A DNA stretch of 64,000 bases from Deltaproteobacteria bacterium (lineage in GTDB: Bacteria; Desulfobacterota; Desulfobulbia; Desulfobulbales; SURF-16), in the NCBI GenBank assembly GCA_016219175.1, contig JACRCD010000032.1:1963-65962 (forward strand), in the 5' to 3' direction. Positions 11,436 to 20,661 of this stretch are shown here, piece after piece. How positions within the stretch are numbered: position 1 is the first letter of the stretch; each line of letters starts with the position of its first letter. The position numbers and the translations under genes were made by a program. Below the pieces are notes generated by a model. It was not told the origin of the DNA, ran no database searches, and saw only the letters and a program-made list of their open reading frames with translations.

Positions 11436-12233
11436 GTGGAGACCCTCATTTTTCTACTCTATCCGTTCCTGGCCTGTCTGCTCCTGATCCTTATCCATGC
11501 CTATTTCGGCATCCATATCCTGGAGAGGGGCATCATCTTCGTCGATCTCGCCCTGGCCCAGTTTATCGGCATTGGCATCGCGCTTTCGTTTTTGTTCGGC
11601 GAGGAGAAAAGTATTCTCCTCTCCCTGTTCTTCGCCTTCCTGGGGGCCTTCATTCTTTCGCTCTCAAAAAAAGTGGCCCGTCATGTGAACATCGAGGCCT
11701 TTATCGGCATCCTTTACATTTTCGCCGTGGCAACGTGCATTCTGATCCTCGATAAGAGCCCCCATGGTCCGGAAGAGTTCAAGGCCATCATGAACGGCAA
11801 TATCATCTGGGTCACGCCGCGAGAGGTGTCTTCCACCTTTCTCGTCTACGGGGGAGTCGGCCTTTTGCATTTTTTCCTGCGGAAGCAATTTTTCGCCCTT
11901 TCCTTTGAAGGGAAGGGCGGACTCTGGCTGGAATTTCTTTTTTTTGCCAGCTTTGCCGTTGTCCTGGTGAAATCGGTGGCCATGGCGGGAATTCTGCAGG
12001 TTTTTTCGTTTCTCATCATCCCCGCCCTGATCGGCCGGCTGTTTTTCCGGGAGCCGGTTAAGACGCTCCTGGCCGGCTGGCTGATCGGGGTCGTGGCCAG
12101 CATGGGGGGGATTTTTTTATCGTTTACCCTGGACATTCCCGCTTCGCCGGCTATCGTGGCGGGACTGGCGCTGATGTTTTTCGGGCTCTTGGCCGGCAAA
12201 GCTTTTTTTTGTCGTGACTGCCCGGGGGGATAG
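11436..12233 (+). CDS. Metal ABC transporter permease (ABC-3 / ZnuB-like)
   Basis: Polytopic membrane ORF. The likely start is GTG 11436 (VETLIFLLYPFLACLLL...), just after the binding-protein stop. No ATPase gene follows. Confidence 0.7.
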   Translation: METLIFLLYPFLACLLLILIHAYFGIHILERGIIFVDLALAQFIGIGIALSFLFGEEKSILLSLFFAFLGAFILSLSKKVARHVNIEAFIGILYIFAVATCILILDKSPHGPEEFKAIMNGNIIWVTPREVSSTFLVYGGVGLLHFFLRKQFFALSFEGKGGLWLEFLFFASFAVVLVKSVAMAGILQVFSFLIIPALIGRLFFREPVKTLLAGWLIGVVASMGGIFLSFTLDIPASPAIVAGLALMFFGLLAGKAFFCRDCPGG

Positions 12234-12335
12234 ACCATTTATTTCCCATCAGCAATGTTTTATGATAGGATATTGACTGGCCAGGAAGGTTGTCAGGTTG
12301 GAATCCGAACCCGTAACTTGCGGAGGGGAACCGTT

Positions 12336-13238
12336 ATGAAGATAGGCATGGTCGGCTTGGGCCGCATGGGCATGAACATGGCGCGCCGGCTGCTGCGGGG
12401 CGGCCACCAGGTGGTGGCTTATAACCGCAGTCCGGACAAGACGGAAGAGATCATGCAGGAAGGGGCCGAGGGAAGTTTTTCCCTGCAGGAACTGGCGGAC
12501 AAGCTCGACAGTCCCAGGGTGGTCTGGCTCATGCTGCCCGCCGGCAAAGCGGTGGACGAGCATCTGGAAAAATTGCGAAACATCCTGGCCCCGGGCGACA
12601 TCATCGTTGATGGCGGCAACAGCCGCTACCGTGATGATCTCCGCAGGGGCGCCTATCTGAAAGGGGCCGGCATTCATTACCTTGATGCCGGGGTGAGCGG
12701 CGGTATCTGGGGGCTTACGGTCGGCTACTGCACCATGGTGGGGGGCGAGGAGAAAATATTTCGCTCTCTCGAACCCGTGTTCAAAACGCTGGCCCCGCCG
12801 GAAGGCTATCTTTACTGCGGATCGACCGGGGCCGGCCATTTTGTCAAGATGATCCATAACGGCATCGAATACGGCATGATGCAGGCCTATGGCGAAGGGT
12901 TCGCCCTGCTTGAGGCCTCGCCCTATGGCCAGGGCCTTGATTTCGGCAAGATTTCCCGCCTGTGGAATCAGGGCAGCGTCATCCGCTCCTGGCTGCTTGA
13001 ATTGCTGGAACAGGCCTTTGCTGATGATCCCCGGCTTGAGGGGTTGCGCGGCTACGTGGATGACTCGGGCGAAGGACGCTGGACCGTGGAAGAGGCTGTT
13101 GCCAGCGGGGTTGCGGCGCCGGTCATCACCATGGCCCTTTTCCAGCGTTTTCAGTCCCGTAAGGAAAATGCTTTTGAAAACAGGGTGCTGGCGGCCCTGC
13201 GGCAGCAATTCGGCGGCCATGCCGTGAAGAAGGGATGA
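12336..13238 (+). CDS. gnd: 6-phosphogluconate dehydrogenase, decarboxylating (short, about 300-aa type)
   Basis: MKIGMVGLGRMGMNMARRLL Rossmann N-terminus, with YLDAGVSGGIWG and HFVKMIHNGIEYGMMQAYGEG. Confidence 0.85.
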   Translation: MKIGMVGLGRMGMNMARRLLRGGHQVVAYNRSPDKTEEIMQEGAEGSFSLQELADKLDSPRVVWLMLPAGKAVDEHLEKLRNILAPGDIIVDGGNSRYRDDLRRGAYLKGAGIHYLDAGVSGGIWGLTVGYCTMVGGEEKIFRSLEPVFKTLAPPEGYLYCGSTGAGHFVKMIHNGIEYGMMQAYGEGFALLEASPYGQGLDFGKISRLWNQGSVIRSWLLELLEQAFADDPRLEGLRGYVDDSGEGRWTVEEAVASGVAAPVITMALFQRFQSRKENAFENRVLAALRQQFGGHAVKKG

Positions 13239-13250
13239 GTATTGTTTTTT

Positions 13251-13376
13251 CGTAACTATCCAGGTAGATAGGCTGAAGGCTGTAGACTGAAGGAAAAAGC
13301 GCCTAAAAAATGTAATACGACAGTACCGACAGCCCTATAGCCTTCAGTCTACAGTCTAAACAGCTGGATAGTTACG
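13251..13376. repeat. 126-bp imperfect palindrome in the gnd-zwf spacer
   Basis: cgtaactatccag (13251-13263) pairs perfectly with ctggatagttacg (13364-13376). ctgtagactgaagg pairs with ccttcagtctacag (13341-13354). One arm recurs at 40088-40120. Confidence 0.8.
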
Positions 13377-13405
13377 TTTTTTCATTGTGTTGAGAGTGAA
13401 AGACT

Positions 13406-14962
13406 ATGGAATCATCTGTAAGCAGAGAATCGAATTGTCATCGGGAAGGGGGCTGTGATTGCCTGCCTGCCACCGATCTTGATCCCTGCGCCATCGTTAT
13501 CTTCGGCGCTTCCGGAGATCTGGCGGCCCGCAAACTGATCCCCGCCCTGTATCATATGTATCTAACCTCCTCTCTCCCGGATCCCGTGTCCATCGTGGGC
13601 TGCGCCCGCACGGAGTTCAGCGCTGACGCCTTTCGTCTCCGCATGAAGGAGGCCTGCCAAGACCATGGCCAGGCGGATATGTCCAGATGGCCTGAATTTG
13701 CCGCCCTGCTTTTTTACCAACAGCTGACCTACGATTCACGGGAATCGTTTCAAGGGCTGGCCTCCTGTCTGCGGGATCTTGACCTTCAGAGAGGGTTGCT
13801 GGGCAATCTGGTTTTTTACCTGGCCCTGCCGCCCTCCCTCTACCCGGTTGTGGCGACCATGATCGGCGGGGCAGGGCTTGCCGCCGGGAGCCGGGATGGC
13901 CGGGGCTGGTCCCGCATCGTGGTGGAAAAGCCCTTCGGCAGTGACCTGGAGAGTTCAGGCGAACTTGACCGGACCCTGCGCACTCATTTCCAGGAGGAGC
14001 AGATTTTCCGTATTGACCATTACCTGGCCAAGGAAACCGTGCAGAACATCCTCATGTTCCGCTTTGCCAATACCATTTTTGAACCGCTCTGGAAGCGTGA
14101 ATATGTCGACTATGTGGGCATCATGGCCGCTGAAAAACTCGGGGTGGAGAACCGGGCCGGCTATTATGAGCAGGCCGGGGTGATCCGGGACATGTTCCAG
14201 AATCATATGCTGCAGCTTCTCTCTCTTGTCGCCATGGAACCGCCTTCCGTTTTTGAATCGGAACGGGTGCGGGACGAGAAGGTCAAGGTGTTCCGGGCCA
14301 TCCGCCCCTTTCATCGCCAGGAGGCCGAGGTTGTTCTCGGCCAGTACGGGCCGGGCGTCATTGACGGCCGGGAGGTGCCGGGCTACCTGCAGGAACCGGG
14401 GGTTGCCGCTGGTTCATTGATCCCCACCTTTGCGCTGATGCGTTTTGCCGTTGAAAACTGGCGCTGGCAGGGCGTGCCTTTTTATCTTGTTTCCGGCAAG
14501 CGCCTGTCGGCAAAGGAAACCCGGGTCGTCATCCAGTTCAAGGATGTGCCCCACTCCTTGTTCAGGGATGTGCTGGGAGAGAGGATCGTCGCCAACCGTC
14601 TCATTCTGGGTATTTATCCGGAGGAGGGGATCAGCCTCACCTTTCAGACAAAAAATCCCGGGGCGCGGATCTGCCTGCGTTCCATGACCATGGATTTCCG
14701 GTATGACACAACCTCCGTACTGGACGCCTATGAAAAGGTGCTGCTTGACTGCATTCTGGGAGACCACATGTTGTTCTGGCGGCAGGACGCCGTTGAAGAG
14801 GCCTGGCGCGTCCTGACCCCTGTTCTCAATGAATGCGAGATGTGCCGGGGGCGGGAGCAGAAACTTATTATTTATCCGGCCGGCAGCTGGGGGCCTGAAA
14901 CGGCCAGGCCGTGGATTGATAAAATCAGGATTAAAACCCATGTCCCTCCTGCTGGCCGCTGA
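13406..14962 (+). CDS. zwf: Glucose-6-phosphate 1-dehydrogenase
   Basis: IVIFGASGDLAARKL NADP loop and the RIDHYLAKE signature (FRIDHYLAKETVQN). 518 aa. Confidence 0.9.
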   Translation: MESSVSRESNCHREGGCDCLPATDLDPCAIVIFGASGDLAARKLIPALYHMYLTSSLPDPVSIVGCARTEFSADAFRLRMKEACQDHGQADMSRWPEFAALLFYQQLTYDSRESFQGLASCLRDLDLQRGLLGNLVFYLALPPSLYPVVATMIGGAGLAAGSRDGRGWSRIVVEKPFGSDLESSGELDRTLRTHFQEEQIFRIDHYLAKETVQNILMFRFANTIFEPLWKREYVDYVGIMAAEKLGVENRAGYYEQAGVIRDMFQNHMLQLLSLVAMEPPSVFESERVRDEKVKVFRAIRPFHRQEAEVVLGQYGPGVIDGREVPGYLQEPGVAAGSLIPTFALMRFAVENWRWQGVPFYLVSGKRLSAKETRVVIQFKDVPHSLFRDVLGERIVANRLILGIYPEEGISLTFQTKNPGARICLRSMTMDFRYDTTSVLDAYEKVLLDCILGDHMLFWRQDAVEEAWRVLTPVLNECEMCRGREQKLIIYPAGSWGPETARPWIDKIRIKTHVPPAGR

Positions 14963-15941
14963 CGTCGGCGGCACCAAAACCGATCTGGCCGTCTATGATC
15001 CCGGCCAGGGGCTCAGCCGTCCCGTGACGGAGGCGACCCTGGCCAGCCGGGACTACCGTTCCTTTTCGCTGCTGTTGCGCGCCTTTCTCGACAAAAACAG
15101 GCTGGGGATCGAGCGCGCCTGTTTCGGCGTCGCCGGACCGGTCTTAAACAACAGGGTCAAGCTGACCAATCTTCCCTGGGAAATAGACGGCAGTGATATC
15201 GGGCGGGAATTTGCCATCAACAGGGTTGATATTATTAACGACCTGGTGGCCGTGGCCAGCTCCATTCCCCATCTGGCGGCTGATGATCTGCTCCCTCTCG
15301 GCGAAGGCAAGCCCCGGCAAGAAGGGGCGATCGGGGTGGTGGCGCCCGGCACGGGACTGGGTATTGCCTTCTGTGTCCGGGATGACGGGGCTTATCATGT
15401 CTGCCCCTCCGAAGGGGGGCATGCCGGATTTTCACCGGGCAATGCTCAGGAAATGGCCTTGCTGGGCTTCCTGCTCGACCAGGGCATCAGCCCGAGTTTT
15501 GAAGCGCTCTGTTCCGGCTCGGGACTGCCGAATATTTACCGCTTTCTCATTGCCGGCGGCGGATTTACCGAACCAGAGCGGCTGGCGATTGAGCTCGCCC
15601 GGTCTGCTGATCCCACCCCGGTTATCGTGCAGTGGGCCTTGCATCCGGGAAAAGCCTGTGATGTCTGCCGGGAGACCCTGCGGATTTTTGTCCGGATTCT
15701 GGCCGAGGTCTGCGGGAATCTGGCCGTCACGGTGCTGGCCACCGGCGGTATCTATCTGGGCGGCGGCATGCCGGCCAAAATTCTGCCCTTTCTGCGGGAG
15801 GCGGATTTTCTCGCGCGCTTCAGACAGAAGGGGAAGATGTCCACCCTGCTTGGTGATATCCCTGTCTATGTCATTAAAAATCCCAAGGCTGCCTTGATCG
15901 GCGCCGCTGCTTACGGGTTGAAAGCGCATGCGCATAACTAA
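14940..15941 (+). CDS. glk: Glucokinase
   Basis: MSLLLAADVGGTKTDLAVYD ATP-binding N-terminus, with GVAGPV and GGGMP motifs. The start overlaps the zwf 3' end. Confidence 0.8.
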   Translation: MSLLLAADVGGTKTDLAVYDPGQGLSRPVTEATLASRDYRSFSLLLRAFLDKNRLGIERACFGVAGPVLNNRVKLTNLPWEIDGSDIGREFAINRVDIINDLVAVASSIPHLAADDLLPLGEGKPRQEGAIGVVAPGTGLGIAFCVRDDGAYHVCPSEGGHAGFSPGNAQEMALLGFLLDQGISPSFEALCSGSGLPNIYRFLIAGGGFTEPERLAIELARSADPTPVIVQWALHPGKACDVCRETLRIFVRILAEVCGNLAVTVLATGGIYLGGGMPAKILPFLREADFLARFRQKGKMSTLLGDIPVYVIKNPKAALIGAAAYGLKAHAHN

Positions 15942-16641
15942 AAAAACAGTTGAAAAGACGGTCATCGTCCTGCTGGTCATCTTTTGTATCGCAACCTTCA
16001 AATATCTCGGCCTGGGGCAGTACCTCACCCTGGAATACCTGAAGCAGTCCCAGGCCCATTTCGCCGAACTGTATGCGGCCAGGCCCCTGCCGGTCATTGC
16101 CGTCTATATGCTGATCTACATTGTGGCCACGGCCCTGTCCCTGCCGGGCGCGGTGATCATGACCCTGGCCGGCGGCGCCCTGTTCGGGCTGGTCATGGGC
16201 ACCGTCATCATCTCCTTTGCCAGCACCATCGGGGCCACGCTGGCCTGCGCCGTTGCCCGTTTTCTGCTCAGGGACTGGGTGCAGAAAAAATTCGGCGAGC
16301 GGCTCGGTCCCATCAACAGCGGCATTGAACGGGAGGGCGGCCTCTATCTCTTTACCATGCGGCTGGTGCCCGTCTTCCCCTTTTTTCTCATCAACCTGGC
16401 CATGGGGGTCACCAGGATCCCTCTTTTGCAGTATTACTGGATCTCCCAGGTCGGCATGCTGCCGGCCACCATCGTCTATGTCAATGCCGGCAAGGAGCTG
16501 GGCCGAATTGATTCCCTGTCCTCCATCCTCTCTCCCAGCCTGCTTGTTTCCTTTGCCCTGCTGGGGCTGTTCCCGCTGACGGTCAAGAAAATCATGGGCT
16601 GGGTGAAAGGCCGGAAGGATAAAAAAGATGAGCAAGTTTGA
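15928..16641 (+). CDS. TVP38/TMEM64 (DedA-related, SNARE-associated) family membrane protein
   Basis: 237-aa polytopic ORF containing LPGAVIMTLAGGALFG and RLVPVFPFFLINLAMGVT. Confidence 0.7.
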   Translation: MRITKKTVEKTVIVLLVIFCIATFKYLGLGQYLTLEYLKQSQAHFAELYAARPLPVIAVYMLIYIVATALSLPGAVIMTLAGGALFGLVMGTVIISFASTIGATLACAVARFLLRDWVQKKFGERLGPINSGIEREGGLYLFTMRLVPVFPFFLINLAMGVTRIPLLQYYWISQVGMLPATIVYVNAGKELGRIDSLSSILSPSLLVSFALLGLFPLTVKKIMGWVKGRKDKKDEQV

Positions 16642-16913
16642 TTTTGCTCTCGGCGTGACCGGTGGCGGGGCTGACGGTCGCAACCGGCGCGGCAAGGCTC
16701 GGGGCTTGCCACCCTGGCCGGGGCAGTGCATCCCTTCCGACCCTGGCCGGGATCAATAAAAAGGTGGCCGCTGGCTATCTCTCCCTCAAGATTTTTTCCA
16801 GTACGGTGCAAAAGGGTTTGAAGCTCTTTTTTCAGCTCAAAAGGTCCGGTCTGTGAGCCGTGTTCCGATCTGGCGGCAAGGAAAAATATTGTAAATGAGC
16901 TCTATTGTTGTAG

Positions 16914-17066
16914 AATGGGCCGGATAATTGGGGCTGTCCCAAGGAAATCGCCTTCAGGAAGGGATTCATTGCTAGTCAGCAATTGCAAGAGATCGCGGAA
17001 CCCCTGGGGAAAAACGGCTATGGCCAGTATTTACTGCAATTGCTGCAGGAGCAGAGCATCCCGTGA
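16914..17066 (+). pseudogene. rfbA: 3'-terminal remnant (last 50 codons) of glucose-1-phosphate thymidylyltransferase
   Basis: The frame reads NGPDNWGCPKEIAFRKGFIASQQLQEIAEPLGKNGYGQYLLQLLQEQSIP-stop, the conserved RmlA C-terminus. A TAG sits directly upstream at 16911-16913, and the stop overlaps the rfbC GTG start (GTGA). Confidence 0.75.
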
Positions 17067-17611
17067 AATTTCTTCAAACAACAATACCTGAGGTCATGGT
17101 CATAGAACCTGATGTTTTCGGTGATGAGCGCGGGTTTTTCATGGAAACCTGGCAGGCCCGGAAATTTAAGGAAAACGGCATTGACGCCCATTTTGTCCAG
17201 GATAACCACAGCAGGTCCGGGCAAAACATTCTGCGGGGTCTGCATTACCAGATCAAACAACCCCAGGGCAAGCTGGTGCGGGTGATAAGCGGCGCGGTCT
17301 ATGACGTGGCGGTGGATTTACGGAAATCCTCCCCCTTTTTCGGCAGATGGGTGGGGGAGATCCTCTCCGGTGACAACAAAAAGATGCTCTGGGTCCCCGC
17401 TGGTTTTGCCCATGGCTTTTATGTCATGAGCGACATGGCCGAATTTGTCTACAAGTGCACGGAATACTATGCCCCTGAGCATGAACGCGCCATCCGCTGG
17501 GATGACCCTTTGCTTGCCATCGATTGGCCCCTGCGGGACGGACGGCAGCCGCTTCTTTCCGCCAAGGACAGGCAGGGCGCCTTGCTGGCGGACGCCGAGT
17601 GTTATCCATGA
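17063..17611 (+). CDS. rfbC: dTDP-4-dehydrorhamnose 3,5-epimerase
   Basis: 182 aa with FGDERGFFMETW, LRGLHYQ and WVPAGFAHGF motifs. Confidence 0.9.
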   Translation: MKFLQTTIPEVMVIEPDVFGDERGFFMETWQARKFKENGIDAHFVQDNHSRSGQNILRGLHYQIKQPQGKLVRVISGAVYDVAVDLRKSSPFFGRWVGEILSGDNKKMLWVPAGFAHGFYVMSDMAEFVYKCTEYYAPEHERAIRWDDPLLAIDWPLRDGRQPLLSAKDRQGALLADAECYP

Positions 17612-18480
17612 AGGTGATGATCTGTGGCGCCGGCGGACAGCTTGGCTGGGAACTCCAGCGTACCGCCCCGCCGGATATCGATCTTTTTCCTTTTACCTCG
17701 CGGCAGCTGGATATTAGCCGCCAGGAGCAGGTGGCGGACACGGTGGCCGGAATCCGGCCTGCGCTGATCATCAATGCTGCGGCCTATACCGCGGTGGACA
17801 GAGCGGAGCAGGAAAGGGACACGGCCTTTGCCGTTAACGGCCGCGGGGTCGCCAATCTTGCCGAGGCGGCCCTTCAATGTGGCGCCAGGCTCATTCATAT
17901 CTCCACCGATTTCGTCTTTGACGGACGCAAATCCCGCCCCTATCTGCCCACGGATGAAACCAATCCCTTAAGTGTCTATGGGACCAGTAAAAGAGAGGGT
18001 GAGGAACTGGCCCTGGCCATCCTGCCGGATGTGCTCATTGTCCGCACGGCCTGGGTTTACTCCTCCCATGGCGCTAATTTCGTCAAAACCATGCTGCGCC
18101 TCATGAACGATCGTGAAACAATCGGGGTGGTGGCGGATCAGACAGGCAGCCCGACCTGGGCCAATGGCCTGGCCCGCACCCTCTGGCAACTGAGCGCGAC
18201 CGGCCTGCACGGCATCCATCATTGGACGGATAGCGGGGTGGCCAGCTGGTATGACTTTGCCGTGGCCATTCATGAGGAGGCCAGCCAGCTTGGGCTGGTC
18301 AATAAGGAGGTTGCGGTTTTCCCCATCGGGGCCAAGGATTACCCAGCCCCGGCCAGCCGCCCTTTTTACAGTGTGCTGGACCGGAGCAGCACCATTGCCG
18401 CCCTGAACCAGAGTCCGCCGCATTGGCGCAAACAGCTGCGGCTGATGTTACGAGAAATACGGGATGAAAAAGATGCGTAA
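17608..18480 (+). CDS. rfbD: dTDP-4-dehydrorhamnose reductase
   Basis: MKVMICGAGGQLG, INAAAYTAVDRAE and STDFVFDG. ATGA overlap with rfbC. Confidence 0.9.
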   Translation: MKVMICGAGGQLGWELQRTAPPDIDLFPFTSRQLDISRQEQVADTVAGIRPALIINAAAYTAVDRAEQERDTAFAVNGRGVANLAEAALQCGARLIHISTDFVFDGRKSRPYLPTDETNPLSVYGTSKREGEELALAILPDVLIVRTAWVYSSHGANFVKTMLRLMNDRETIGVVADQTGSPTWANGLARTLWQLSATGLHGIHHWTDSGVASWYDFAVAIHEEASQLGLVNKEVAVFPIGAKDYPAPASRPFYSVLDRSSTIAALNQSPPHWRKQLRLMLREIRDEKDA

Positions 18481-19579
18481 TATTCTTGTTACCGGAGGCG
18501 CCGGTTTTATCGGGGCCAATTTTGTGCATTACTGGTTGGGCAGCTACCCAGGGGACAGGGTCGTGGTGCTTGATGCCCTGACCTATGCCGGCAACCTCGC
18601 CAACCTGGCCGCCGCCAAGGAGAACAAGCATTTTCACTTTGTCCATGGCGATATCCGTGACCGGCAGCTGACGGAACAGCTGCTTGTTAGCCATGGGATT
18701 GACACCATCGTCCATTTTGCCGCCGAATCCCATGTCGATCGGTCCATACTCGGTCCTGACGCCTTTATTGAGACCAATATCGTCGGCACCCATAACCTGC
18801 TGCAGGCGGCAAAGAAGGTGTGGCTGGATAACCGGGCCACGCCCTTGGCCCATCGTTTCCATCATGTCTCCACCGACGAGGTCTATGGTTCGCTGCAAGC
18901 CGCTGATCCTCCCTTTACGGAAACCACGCCCTATGCCCCCAATTCACCTTATTCAGCCAGCAAGGCCGGTTCGGACCATCTGGTGCGCGCCTACCTGCAT
19001 ACCTATGGCCTGCAGGTGACGACCAGCAACTGCTCCAATAACTACGGGCCCTATCAGTTTCCGGAAAAGCTGATACCCATGGTGATTATCAATATCCTGG
19101 AGGGGAGGGCGTTGCCGATTTACGGCGCCGGTCTCAATATCCGCGATTGGCTGCATGTGGACGATCATTGCCGGGGCATTGATCTGATTCTGCACAGGGG
19201 CAGGGTGGGCGGTGTTTATAACATCGGCGGCAATAACGAGTGGACCAATATTGATATTGTCCGTCATATCTGCGGACTGCTGGATGAGTTGTTTGCCGAT
19301 TCCCGGGAATTGCGCGAGCATTTCGCCGCTTCCCCTTGCGCCCGGGGAGAAAAGGCTGAAAGCCTGATCACCTTTGTCAAGGACCGTCCCGGCCATGATC
19401 TTCGTTATGCCATCGATGCTACCAAGTGCCGCAACGAACTGGGTTATGAACCCCAAGAGACTTTTGCCAGCGGAATCCGCAAAACCGTGGCCTGGTATCT
19501 GCAACAGGAGGAGTGGTGGCGGCAGGTGATCAGCGGCGAGTATAAGAAGTGGATCGATACCCAGTATACCTGCCGCTGA
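18464..19579 (+). CDS. rfbB: dTDP-glucose 4,6-dehydratase (alternative start 18473)
   Basis: ILVTGGAGFIGANF, HVSTDEVYG, YSASKAGSDHLVRAY and RPGHDLRYAID. Confidence 0.9.
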   Translation: MKKMRNILVTGGAGFIGANFVHYWLGSYPGDRVVVLDALTYAGNLANLAAAKENKHFHFVHGDIRDRQLTEQLLVSHGIDTIVHFAAESHVDRSILGPDAFIETNIVGTHNLLQAAKKVWLDNRATPLAHRFHHVSTDEVYGSLQAADPPFTETTPYAPNSPYSASKAGSDHLVRAYLHTYGLQVTTSNCSNNYGPYQFPEKLIPMVIINILEGRALPIYGAGLNIRDWLHVDDHCRGIDLILHRGRVGGVYNIGGNNEWTNIDIVRHICGLLDELFADSRELREHFAASPCARGEKAESLITFVKDRPGHDLRYAIDATKCRNELGYEPQETFASGIRKTVAWYLQQEEWWRQVISGEYKKWIDTQYTCR

Positions 19580-19738
19580 CCGGCGCATGCCTCTTTATCG
19601 ACGCGACCGGCCGGATTGTTTATCCGAAAATTTCTGGCGGCGTGGCGGTCTGTCCATGCCGAAGCTCCGAACTTTTATGTTGGGTTGTGGCTGGCAAGTC
19701 TGGTTCAGCCATGCTGGTCCGGCGCCAATTGCAGGTTC

Positions 19739-20650
19739 ATGAAAATTAACGTCCTGATGTCGACATTCAATGGGGAGCGCTATCTGTCTGAGCAACTCGA
19801 TAGTATCGCCGGACAGACAGGGGTGGAAATTCGCCTGCATGTCCGGGATGACGGCTCCGTGGACAGCACCTGCGATATCATCGGCGGATACCGCAACAAG
19901 GATATTGTCCATGAGGTGGAGCGGGGTGACAACATCGGCTTTGCCCCCAGTTTTTTCCGGCTGCTTGCCTCTTCGGATGATGCGTGCCGCTATTTTGCCT
20001 TTGCCGACCAGGATGACTGGTGGCATCCCGGCAAGCTACAGGCTGCCGTGGCTGCCCTGCGGCAGGTGAGCGATTCCGTGCCGGCCCTCTATTGTGGCCG
20101 TCTGGCCTGCGTGGACCGGAGCCTGCAACCCGTTTCTCTTTCCCCTCTGCCCACCCGTCCTTTGGCCTTGGCCAACGCCCTGGTGGAAAATGTAGCCAGC
20201 GGCTGTACCATCGTCATCAACCGGGCGGCCCGCCGCCTTCTCGTGCAGACGCTGCCCGGTTGGTGTCTTTTCCATGACTGGTGGTGTTATCTGTTGATTT
20301 CGGCCGTGGGGCGCATCATTTACGACGAGAGGCCGTTTATCAAGTACAGGCTGCATGGCGCTAATGATACCGGGGCGCCGGTCTCTTTTCTTGACGGCAT
20401 GCAACGGCGCATCCGCCGTTTTGCGGGCGAAGACCGGCAGACCTTTAAGGTGCACCGGCAGGCAACCGAGTTTGTCAGGCAGTGCGGGGCGATGCTGGAC
20501 GAAGCGGACCTGCGGCTGGTCAACACCTTTCTGGACTCGAAACGGAGTGTTGGCGCGCGCCTCCGATACGGCCTGAACAAAGAGGTCTATCGTCAGCGCT
20601 TTGTTGATGATATGCTTCTGCGTCTTCTTATCTGCTGGGGCAGATATTGA
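19739..20650 (+). CDS. Family-2 glycosyltransferase (rhamnosyltransferase-like)
   Basis: MKINVLMSTFNGERYL...RDDGSVDST...FADQDDWW, i.e. the GT-A fold DxD pattern. Confidence 0.75.
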   Translation: MKINVLMSTFNGERYLSEQLDSIAGQTGVEIRLHVRDDGSVDSTCDIIGGYRNKDIVHEVERGDNIGFAPSFFRLLASSDDACRYFAFADQDDWWHPGKLQAAVAALRQVSDSVPALYCGRLACVDRSLQPVSLSPLPTRPLALANALVENVASGCTIVINRAARRLLVQTLPGWCLFHDWWCYLLISAVGRIIYDERPFIKYRLHGANDTGAPVSFLDGMQRRIRRFAGEDRQTFKVHRQATEFVRQCGAMLDEADLRLVNTFLDSKRSVGARLRYGLNKEVYRQRFVDDMLLRLLICWGRY

Positions 20651-20661
20651 GGTCGCCCACC

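Noticed and set aside
16662-16856. 64-aa ORF upstream of the rfbA remnant, considered as a possible displaced rfbA N-terminus
   Set aside because: No frame of 16642-16910 shows the G-x-G-T-R-L or other RmlA N-terminal motifs, and the ORF has no RBS and a low-complexity composition.
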